This document shows, in pieces, positions 23,833 to 29,892 of a stretch of DNA of 30,993 bases (position 1 is its first letter; each line of letters begins with the position of its first letter). Source of the DNA: a virus; the IMG/VR virus record IMGVR_UViG_3300001525_000032; one strand, 5' to 3'. The notes under the pieces were generated by a model. The model saw only the letters and a program-made list of their open reading frames with translations, made no database searches and had not been told where the DNA came from. The translations under genes and the position numbers were made by a program.

Positions 23833-23958
23833 CGCCGCTAATTGGTGGCTCCGTTCCCCGAATGCGAGCAACTCCAACAATTTCGTGAATGTGAACACCG
23901 ACGGCACAGTCAACAACAACAACGCGAACAATTCGCTCGGCTTCGCGCCCGGATTTTA
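23833..23958 (+). repeat. DGR template repeat (TR), non-coding
   Basis: Contains 13 AAY codon equivalents (would read 'NWWLRSPNASNSNNFVNVNTDGTVNNNNANNSLGFAPGF'). There is no start codon or RBS. It is the adenine-rich master copy of VR1 and VR2. Confidence 0.9.
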
Positions 23959-24192
23959 TATCAACATGGGGCAGACCGAATAACTCCTCACGGAGCGAAA
24001 GCAGTCCCTATATAAAAGGGGAATATAACCTCTCTGACGGCCTCGCGCCGCCGGACAAACATATACCGCGATACGGTTAGCCGGACGCTCCTTGCATGGG
24101 CGCGGAGTGCGTGTTTTCCGCGCTTTCATGGCTCGCCGTTACGCATTTTAGACAACACGCCGAGAAAGAAATGTACGAGGTATTTTTATCTT

Positions 24193-25311
24193 ATGAACAG
24201 CGCAGAACGACGCGAGGCACGGTATCAGCGTCGCAAGGCCGCGAGAATGAAAAAGAAAGCCGCCTCGCTCCGGGAACACGGAGATTTCGAGACGGTTTTC
24301 TCGTTCGAGCGGCTCTATGAGAGCTACCGCGCCTCCGTCCGTGGCGTTGGGTGGAAAGCGAGCACACAGCGATACAAAGCCGCCTCGCTCGCCAACGTCA
24401 CAAAGACACACGAGGAATTGATAGCCGGGAGATACCGCTCCAAGGGCTTTTACGAGTTCGATATTGTGGAGCGGGGAAAGCCGAGGCACATTCGGAGCGT
24501 CCATATCTCCGAGCGCGTCGTACAACGGTGCTTGTGCGATTACTGCCTTGTGCCGATGCTCTCCCGGTCGTTCATATACGACAACGGAGCGAGCTTGCGC
24601 GGCAAAGGATACGATTTCGCCGTATCCCGGGTGACGCGCTTTCTCGCGGAGCATTACAGGAAACACGGGCGGGAGGGCTACGTCCTCGTATTCGATTTTT
24701 CAAAGTATTTTGATACCGCCCGGCATGAGCCGGTATTTCGGGAGCTCGAGCGGAGCGGCATAGACGACCGCCTCGTTTCGCTCTCGAAATATTTTATTCA
24801 GAACTTCGGCGACGTGGGGCTCGGCCTCGGGAGCCAAGTCTCGCAAATCGCCGCGCTCGCCTTGCCGAACAGGATAGACCACTATATCAAGGACACGCTC
24901 GGCATGAAGCACTACGCCCGCTATATGGACGACGGGTGCATAATCAGCGAGTCAAAGGCAAAGCTCGAGCTCTGCCTCCGGGAACTCCGGCGGCTCTGCG
25001 ACGAGCTCGGTATCCGCCTCAATCCGAAAAAGACGCAGATTATCAAGCTCACGCGCGGCTTTACGTTCGTCAAGGTGCGCTTTCGCTATGGCGTAAACGG
25101 GAAAGTCGTCCGCCGGGCGACCTATAAGGGTATCCGGCACATGAGGGAGAAACTACGGATTTTCCGGCGCTGGGTGGACTCCGGCAGAATGACGGCGGCG
25201 GACGTGGAAACGTCCCTCGTCTCGTGGCGGGGACACATGAGGCGATTTCATTCGTACCACATGGCGCAGACCGTAGAGCGGCGCTATCGAGAATTATTCA
25301 AGGGAGGATAA
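24193..25311 (+). CDS. DGR reverse transcriptase
   Basis: RT motifs 'VLVFDFSKYFDT', the DGR-type motif 4 'LGSQVSQ' ([LIV]GxxxSQ), the catalytic 'YMDDG', then 'LNPKKTQI'. Confidence 0.9.
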   Translation: MNSAERREARYQRRKAARMKKKAASLREHGDFETVFSFERLYESYRASVRGVGWKASTQRYKAASLANVTKTHEELIAGRYRSKGFYEFDIVERGKPRHIRSVHISERVVQRCLCDYCLVPMLSRSFIYDNGASLRGKGYDFAVSRVTRFLAEHYRKHGREGYVLVFDFSKYFDTARHEPVFRELERSGIDDRLVSLSKYFIQNFGDVGLGLGSQVSQIAALALPNRIDHYIKDTLGMKHYARYMDDGCIISESKAKLELCLRELRRLCDELGIRLNPKKTQIIKLTRGFTFVKVRFRYGVNGKVVRRATYKGIRHMREKLRIFRRWVDSGRMTAADVETSLVSWRGHMRRFHSYHMAQTVERRYRELFKGG

Positions 25312-25315
25312 AGCT

Positions 25316-25690
25316 ATGGAGTATATCGTCTATCGGCGCTTTAAGGCCGAGGGCATCGACGGAGCCTTTAACCTCCGATACGGGACGACCGTAACGGAGC
25401 GGGACGGCTTTCTCTTTGCCGCCGACGGGCGGCGGATTTGCGCCGTCACGTCTGAAAACGGGTGGGAGCATTTCCGCCCGAATACGCCGGAGGGCGCGTA
25501 CCGACAAGAAATGCTCGACGGCCTCTATCGCTACTACGGCAAGCACGAAAGCGCGTCGGACTTCGACCCGGAGAAATGGGCGGGAGCGGAAAATCTGTAT
25601 TGGAAAAACCTCCTCCGCACAATGAACACGCCGGAGCTCGAGGCGTTCTATAAAGCGCGGCTCGGACAGCCGCCGAGAATGGAGGGATAA
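25316..25690 (+). CDS. Hypothetical protein
   Basis: GGGAGGA RBS. Follows the RT gene. Confidence 0.6.
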   Translation: MEYIVYRRFKAEGIDGAFNLRYGTTVTERDGFLFAADGRRICAVTSENGWEHFRPNTPEGAYRQEMLDGLYRYYGKHESASDFDPEKWAGAENLYWKNLLRTMNTPELEAFYKARLGQPPRMEG

Positions 25691-25693
25691 CGT

Positions 25694-26011
25694 ATGTATG
25701 CAATCAGAAGCGGCGGAGAGGTCGTCGGCTATTCCGATAGCCTCGTATATATCCGCTTGCACGAAAACGGGTGCTATGTCCCGTGCGACGCGGCGGAGGC
25801 CGAGGGCTTTTGCGTCAAGACCGCAATCGACCGCACGGACGAGGAGACGAACGAGACGACGACCTATCTCGAGGACTTCGTTTACGCCCTCGCCGACGGC
25901 GGGCTCCTCGGTATCGAGCCGGTCGGCTCCGTGGAAGTCGTGAGCGGTACGCTCATGCTCGCCGAGAACGATAAAGTTCTCGATATTCTGTTAGGGGGTG
26001 CGGCGGAATGA
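25694..26011 (+). CDS. Hypothetical protein, N-terminal paralogue of 26415-26639
   Basis: 'YAIRSGGEVVGYSDSLVYIRLHENGCYVPCDAAEAEGFCV' compared with 'YTVELDGEIIARRESLLWVRLDAPGLYVVCTEAEGEGVIV'. Confidence 0.6.
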   Translation: MYAIRSGGEVVGYSDSLVYIRLHENGCYVPCDAAEAEGFCVKTAIDRTDEETNETTTYLEDFVYALADGGLLGIEPVGSVEVVSGTLMLAENDKVLDILLGGAAE

Positions 26012-26418
26012 TTACCGTACAGAGGGCGCGGGAGCTCCGCGCTATGATTGAAAAGGCGGCGGGAGCTGGGCTCGACGATAAGGACGGCTCGACCGCCGTC
26101 GAGCTTTATCCGACGCTCACCGGCGGCGGGGCGCTCGTCAAGTCCGGGACTCGTATCAACTGGAAAGGCGCGCTCAAGCGGGCGGCGGTGGACTTGTGGG
26201 ACACGGCGGAGAATACGCCGGAGGCCGCGCCGAGCTTGTGGGAGGACGTGCTCTATAAAAACGGCGTGAGGATTATCCCGGCGACCATTACGGCGGGGCT
26301 TGCGTTCTCCAAGGGCGAGCGCGGCTATTGGGGCGACGTGCTTTACGAGTCCTTGCTCGATAACAACGTATGGACTCCCGAGGCGTATCCCGCCGGATGG
26401 CAAAAGGTCGCAGAATGA
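26008..26418 (+). CDS. Hypothetical protein with two Trp-rich CBM5/12-like motifs
   Basis: ATGA coupling. 'GTRINWKGAL...LWDTAENTPEAAPSLWEDV' and 'GERGYWGDVLYESLLDNNVWTPEAYPAGWQKV'. Confidence 0.55.
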   Translation: MITVQRARELRAMIEKAAGAGLDDKDGSTAVELYPTLTGGGALVKSGTRINWKGALKRAAVDLWDTAENTPEAAPSLWEDVLYKNGVRIIPATITAGLAFSKGERGYWGDVLYESLLDNNVWTPEAYPAGWQKVAE

Positions 26419-26639
26419 GCGCGGCGGTCTACACGGTCGAGCTCGACGGCGAAATCATAGCGCGGCGGGAGTCTCTCTTATGGGTGCGCCTCGACGCTCC
26501 CGGCCTCTATGTCGTATGCACGGAGGCGGAGGGCGAGGGCGTTATCGTTGACGGGGAGATTTACCACGTCCGGGGGTGTCCCATTTTGCCGGGAAAGCAG
26601 ACCGTTAAACTCGACTACATCGAATTAACGGAGGTATGA
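26415..26639 (+). CDS. Hypothetical protein, paralogue of the 25694-26011 N-terminus
   Basis: ATGA coupling. See the alignment quoted for 25694-26011. Confidence 0.55.
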   Translation: MSAAVYTVELDGEIIARRESLLWVRLDAPGLYVVCTEAEGEGVIVDGEIYHVRGCPILPGKQTVKLDYIELTEV

Positions 26640-26641
26640 AA

Positions 26642-26944
26642 ATGGACTATTTTAGCGCGATTATCGGAGTCGCCGGGACTATCCTCGGCGGCATTTTGAG
26701 CTACGCCGCTTTTCATCGGAACTCGAAAAAGGACAGCGAGAGCGAGGGCAAAGAGGCCGGTACGATGCTGACCGAAATCGGGTATATCAAAGGCGGCATA
26801 GACCGCATCGAGCGCAAGCAGGACGCGCAGGACGCGCGCTATATCAGCATGGCGGAGCGTATGTCGGCGGTGGAGAGCTCGGCAAAGTCGGCACATCATC
26901 GTATCGACAGGCTCGAGGGGCGCGAGGCGCGGGAGGACGGATAA
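26642..26944 (+). CDS. Lysis-cassette membrane protein (N-terminal TM plus coiled coil)
   Basis: ATG at 26642 lies 7 nt after GGAGG. 'FSAIIGVAGTILGGILSYAAF' is followed by a charged helix. Confidence 0.55.
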   Translation: MDYFSAIIGVAGTILGGILSYAAFHRNSKKDSESEGKEAGTMLTEIGYIKGGIDRIERKQDAQDARYISMAERMSAVESSAKSAHHRIDRLEGREAREDG

Positions 26945-27273
26945 TGTCCGCCCGCAAAGGCGCGGCGCGCCGCCGGAAGTTCAAAAAATGGGTGCTCGAG
27001 GTATGGAGCTTTGCAAAGGGGTATCTCTCCTTTTCAAAGCTCCTCGTTTACGCCGTCCTCTATATCGACTACAAATCGACTATGACGACGCTCGACATTT
27101 GCCGGATTGCGGTAGCGAACAACTACACCGGCTCGCTCCCGTTTTTGACCGCCCTTATCGCCTTTTTACAGGCCGCGACCGCTACCGTGCTCTCGTTCTC
27201 GCTCAATAAGAGCAAGGCCGAGAACACGACCGGCGGGATTACATACGACACGGCAACAAAACGAGATTGCTAA
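26944..27273 (+). CDS. Putative holin-like membrane protein
   Basis: TAATG coupling. Hydrophobic segments 'LLVYAVLYI' and 'LPFLTALIAFLQAATATVLSF'. Confidence 0.5.
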   Translation: MSARKGAARRRKFKKWVLEVWSFAKGYLSFSKLLVYAVLYIDYKSTMTTLDICRIAVANNYTGSLPFLTALIAFLQAATATVLSFSLNKSKAENTTGGITYDTATKRDC

Positions 27274-27286
27274 AGGAGGTAGCAAA

Positions 27287-27499
27287 ATGAAAGAAATCAT
27301 CGTAAAGCGGCTCGGCGCTCTCTTGAGCGTAAAGAGCCTCGTCACGCTCTTGCTCTCCGGGGTATTCGCGTACCTCGCAATTACCGGGCAGACGAGCCAA
27401 GAGTTTATGACGGTCTACACGGTCGTTATCGCGTTCTATTTCGGGACGCAGACGCAGAAAATCAGCGACGCGGTAGACAAGACCACAAAGGAGGGCTAA
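27287..27499 (+). CDS. Putative holin (two TM segments)
   Basis: 70 aa. 'LVTLLLSGVFAYLAI' and 'FMTVYTVVIAFYFG'. Lies immediately upstream of the endolysin gene. Confidence 0.6.
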   Translation: MKEIIVKRLGALLSVKSLVTLLLSGVFAYLAITGQTSQEFMTVYTVVIAFYFGTQTQKISDAVDKTTKEG

Positions 27500-27502
27500 A
27501 CC

Positions 27503-28264
27503 GTGACGGAGCAACAGGTACGCGAGCTCGTCGTCTCGACGGCGAGGGCGTGGCTCGGGAAGAACGAGCGGGACGGCTCTCACCGGGAAATCATCGACCT
27601 TTACAACGCACACAAGCCGCTCGCCCGGGGATACGCCGTCAAGTACACGGACGCATGGTGCGCGACGTTCGTCTCCGCCGTCGCTATCAAATGCGGCCTC
27701 TCGGACATTATGCCGCTCGAGTGCGGGTGCGAGGCTATGATTTCCCTCTATCGCTCTCATGCGGTGAGCCGCTGGGAGGAGGACGAGAGTATCACGCCAC
27801 AGCCCGGCGACGTGGTTTTCTATGACTGGCAGGACAACGGCTCCGGCGACGACCGGGGAGCCGCCGACCATGTGGGCATTGTGTCCAGCGTGAGCGGGCG
27901 CGCCCTCAAGGTCATTGAGGGCAATTTCTCGAACAGCGTCAAGGAGCGGACGCTCGAGATAAACGGAAAGTATCTCCGGGGCTTCGGCCTCCCGGCGTAC
28001 TACACCAAAACGGACAACAAGGAGGATTTCGACATGGATATTAACGAGGCAAGAAAGCAACTGACCTCTTGCGCCGATACCGGCGACACGCCCTCCGCAT
28101 GGGCGAAAGAGGCGGCGGAATACTGCAAGCGCAAGGGCATTTTCAACGGTGACGGAGCCGGTAATTTCGGCTGGCAACAGCCGATTACCCGCGAGGCCGT
28201 CGCTTGCATCATCTACCGCGCACTCGAGGCGGCGGGCGCTCTCGGCAATCTTTCCGACGTATAA
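27503..28264 (+). CDS. Endolysin: CHAP (NlpC/P60-like) catalytic domain plus a C-terminal SLH-like cell-wall-binding domain
   Basis: GTG start after AAGGAGGG. Catalytic Cys context 'YTDAWCATFVS' and His context 'ADHVGIV'. The C-terminus 'WAKEAAEYCKRKGIFNGDGAGNFGWQQPITREAVACIIYRAL' looks like an SLH domain. Confidence 0.75.
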   Translation: MTEQQVRELVVSTARAWLGKNERDGSHREIIDLYNAHKPLARGYAVKYTDAWCATFVSAVAIKCGLSDIMPLECGCEAMISLYRSHAVSRWEEDESITPQPGDVVFYDWQDNGSGDDRGAADHVGIVSSVSGRALKVIEGNFSNSVKERTLEINGKYLRGFGLPAYYTKTDNKEDFDMDINEARKQLTSCADTGDTPSAWAKEAAEYCKRKGIFNGDGAGNFGWQQPITREAVACIIYRALEAAGALGNLSDV

Positions 28265-28276
28265 TCGTGCAGAAAA

Positions 28277-28309
28277 AGCGGGCGGGGCTCTATGGCCTCG
28301 CCCGCTTTT
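28277..28309. terminator. Bidirectional rho-independent terminator between convergent genes
   Basis: 11-bp stem AGCGGGCGGGG/CCTCGCCCGCT with one G-U pair, flanked by A-run and T-run sequences. Confidence 0.7.
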
Positions 28310-28310
28310 G

Positions 28311-28850
28311 TCATGCCTTGCGGAAATAAACTGTTATCACTATGCCGTAGTTCATGCCGTCCCCGCCGATAATCTCGTAAAAGCGGATACGCTCGTATCG
28401 CTCCATAAGCGGGAGGAGTTCTTTCAAATCAGACCGAGAAATATTGCCGACTTGCTCGCCATTGTAATAAAGACCGACGGCGGGCTTTCCCTCATAGTCG
28501 TATGTATCGAGCGAGAGGTCGCTTGCCGGGGCTCCCTCGTTATCCAACTCGCGGAGTATTGCTTGACGGTTACGATATGGGGGCTCGTCGTTGGCAAAGG
28601 TAACGCCGACGATTTTATATTCCCGGACATCCCGCGTCTCCATTTCCCGGCGGATAGCCTCCTCTTGCGCCTCTACCCGCGCGCGGCGTTCTGCATCCTC
28701 ACGCTCTTTGGCCTCTCGGCGAGCTTGCTCCGCCTCCATACGAGCCCGCTTGAGGCGGCTCTTTTTGATTGCCCGATATATCCACACACAAATACCGATA
28801 GGATAAAAAATCACGAGCAACACGATTTGCCATGTTTTCAGTTTTTTCAT
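28311..28850 (-). CDS. Membrane-anchored HIRAN-domain protein (moron-like, the only reverse-strand gene)
   Basis: N-terminal TM 'WQIVLLVIFYPIGICVWIY' and charged coiled coil 'RMEAEQARREAKEREDAERRARVEAQEEAIRRE'. These are followed by 'YKIVGVTFAN...RQAILREL...LSLDTYDYEGKPAVGLYYNGEQVGNISRSDLKELLPLME', which is HIRAN-like. Confidence 0.6.
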   Translation of the reverse strand: MKKLKTWQIVLLVIFYPIGICVWIYRAIKKSRLKRARMEAEQARREAKEREDAERRARVEAQEEAIRREMETRDVREYKIVGVTFANDEPPYRNRQAILRELDNEGAPASDLSLDTYDYEGKPAVGLYYNGEQVGNISRSDLKELLPLMERYERIRFYEIIGGDGMNYGIVITVYFRKA

Positions 28851-28882
28851 GGTATGAGTAACTCCCTCCTATTTTTTCGGTC

Positions 28883-28899
28883 TGCTGACCTTTAACACA
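28883..28899. promoter_or_regulatory. Direct repeat 1 of a putative operator pair in the divergent intergenic region
   Basis: 'tgctgacctttaacaca' compared with 'tgcagaccattaacaca' (15/17 identical, starts 52 bp apart). Confidence 0.4.
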
Positions 28900-28934
28900 A
28901 TTATGCGTTGCGTATGTGCTAAAGTCAAGAAAAA

Positions 28935-28951
28935 TGCAGACCATTAACACA
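28935..28951. promoter_or_regulatory. Direct repeat 2 of the putative operator pair
   Basis: See repeat 1. It lies just upstream of the XRE gene RBS. Confidence 0.4.
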
Positions 28952-28964
28952 GGGAGGCGAGAGC

Positions 28965-29207
28965 TTGCGGATATACGATTTTGAGGGAAAGAAGAATATA
29001 AGCGGCGAGCGCATCCGGGAGGCGCGGCTCGGGCTCCGGCTCTCACAAAGCGACCTCGCGGCGCGGGTACAGGTCGAGGGCGTAACAATGGAGCGGGACT
29101 CGATAAGCCGTATCGAAATCGGAACGAGGTTTATTCCCGATTATGAGATACCCGTCTTTGCTCGCGTCCTCGGCGTGTCCGCCCTCTGGCTCCTCGGAAT
29201 AGAGTAA
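28965..29207 (+). CDS. XRE-family HTH transcriptional regulator (Cro/CI-like)
   Basis: TTG start 7 nt after GGGAGG. 'ISGERIREARLGLRLSQSDLAARVQVEGVTMERDSISRIEIG'. Confidence 0.75.
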   Translation: MRIYDFEGKKNISGERIREARLGLRLSQSDLAARVQVEGVTMERDSISRIEIGTRFIPDYEIPVFARVLGVSALWLLGIE

Positions 29208-29239
29208 ATCCCCGGCCTCCTCGCCGGGGATTATTTTTT
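29208..29239 (+). terminator. Rho-independent terminator
   Basis: 9-bp stem ATCCCCGGC/GCCGGGGAT with a 6-nt loop, followed by TATTTTTT. Confidence 0.75.
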
Positions 29240-29259
29240 GCACTTTTTTGAAATATTGC

Positions 29260-29288
29260 TTGACATATACGGACGTATAGTTTATAAT
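29260..29288 (+). promoter_or_regulatory. Consensus SigA/sigma-70 promoter (TTGACA-17 nt-TATAAT)
   Basis: TTGACA at 29260-29265, exactly 17 nt of spacer, then TATAAT at 29283-29288. Confidence 0.75.
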
Positions 29289-29312
29289 AATAATCAGAAA
29301 GGAGGTAAACAG

Positions 29313-29432
29313 ATGGGCAAGCCCAAAAAGAAAAAGCCCGAGAGCAAGTTAGAAATCACAAAGACGATAGTCGAAATACTGGCAGGCATAGCGAATATAG
29401 TCTTGGTTATCTACACAATACTCAAGGGCTAA
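29313..29432 (+). CDS. 39-aa Lys-rich/hydrophobic peptide (type I toxin-like small membrane protein)
   Basis: AAAGGAGGT RBS at 29299-29306. The peptide is 'MGKPKKKKPESKLEITKTIVEILAGIANIVLVIYTILKG'. Confidence 0.55.
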   Translation: MGKPKKKKPESKLEITKTIVEILAGIANIVLVIYTILKG

Positions 29433-29471
29433 GAGGACGGGGAGGGAAACCTCCCCCGACTCTCTAACCGT

Positions 29472-29501
29472 ATTATACACCATCTGTGAAATTATGTGCA
29501 A
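29472..29501 (-). promoter_or_regulatory. Candidate minus-strand promoter (TTGCAC-18 nt-TATAAT), convergent on the small peptide gene
   Basis: On the reverse strand, TTGCAC lies at 29501-29496 and TATAAT at 29477-29472. It would drive an RNA antisense to 29313-29456. Confidence 0.35.
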
Positions 29502-29664
29502 GAAAAAAATCAACGTGCCGCTTTACCTCTTGTTTGCGGCGAACTGCATCTATGCGGTATCTCAACACGCTTTCAACTGGTTATTCTATGTGTCGGTGCT
29601 TTTGACGGCGGCGGTTTTGGCGCTTGATATTCGGGAGGCGGTGAAGAATGGACGAGAAAAGTAA
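29494..29664 (+). CDS. Possible 56-aa two-TM membrane protein, below the ORF-track size cutoff
   Basis: Hand translation gives 'MCKKKINVPLYLLFAANCIYAVSQHAFNWLFYVSVLLTAAVLALDIREAVKNGREK'. The end overlaps the next gene. No clear RBS. Confidence 0.35.
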   Translation: MCKKKINVPLYLLFAANCIYAVSQHAFNWLFYVSVLLTAAVLALDIREAVKNGREK

Positions 29665-29839
29665 ATACGCGCAACAAATAAAGAGCTTGCGGAAAAACTA
29701 TGTCCGTTTTCCGTTAGACCTCAAGCCGGACGTTTTAGAGCGTTTCCGGCGGATATGTGCGGAAAACGGTACAACTCCGACGACGGAGATAAAGAGGTTT
29801 ATTAACGAGTATTGCGATACCAACGATAAACAGCAGTAA
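29648..29839 (+). CDS. Small DNA-binding-like protein (possibly ribbon-helix-helix)
   Basis: GGGAGG RBS. 'KNYVRFPLDLKPDVLERFRRICAENGTTPTTEIKRFINEY' has an RHH-like beta-alpha-alpha layout. Confidence 0.45.
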   Translation: MDEKSKYAQQIKSLRKNYVRFPLDLKPDVLERFRRICAENGTTPTTEIKRFINEYCDTNDKQQ

Positions 29840-29843
29840 CGAG

Positions 29844-29869
29844 AGGGCGGGACTTTCCCGCCCTTTTTC
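29844..29869 (+). terminator. Rho-independent terminator
   Basis: 9-bp stem AGGGCGGGA/TCCCGCCCT with a 3-nt loop, followed by TTTTCT. Confidence 0.7.
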
Positions 29870-29892
29870 TATATCTTGAGGGAGGGCGCGCT

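Noticed and set aside
23821-23983. The TR region as a truncated pseudogene copy of the fibre C-terminus
   Set aside because: It differs from both VRs only at its own adenines. It has no start or RBS and sits between avd and an RT. That pattern indicates a DGR template, not a decaying duplicate.
24096-24320. 74-aa ORF spanning the TR-RT spacer and the RT start
   Set aside because: It is out of frame with the RT, lacks an RBS and overlaps the RT start codon. It is more likely part of the non-coding DGR RNA.
27239-28177. 312-aa reverse-strand ORF opposite the holin and endolysin genes
   Set aside because: Antisense to a CHAP endolysin with catalytic Cys/His contexts. No RBS.
28149-28895. 248-aa + strand ORF overlapping the HIRAN gene
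   Set aside because: It runs through the endolysin 3' end and the bidirectional terminator, and its sequence does not look like protein. The minus-strand ORF has TM, coiled-coil and HIRAN organisation, an RBS and a terminator.
29238-29312. N-terminal extension of the small peptide ORF (track start 29238)
   Set aside because: The extension overlaps the consensus promoter (29260-29288) and the RBS. Translation from 29313 is far more plausible.
29840-29892. IS30-type terminal inverted repeats delimiting a discrete IS around the transposase
   Set aside because: Only a 7-nt match ('ttgaggg' and its complement) was found by eye between the two flanks. That is insufficient to define IS ends, so no mobile_element boundaries are reported.
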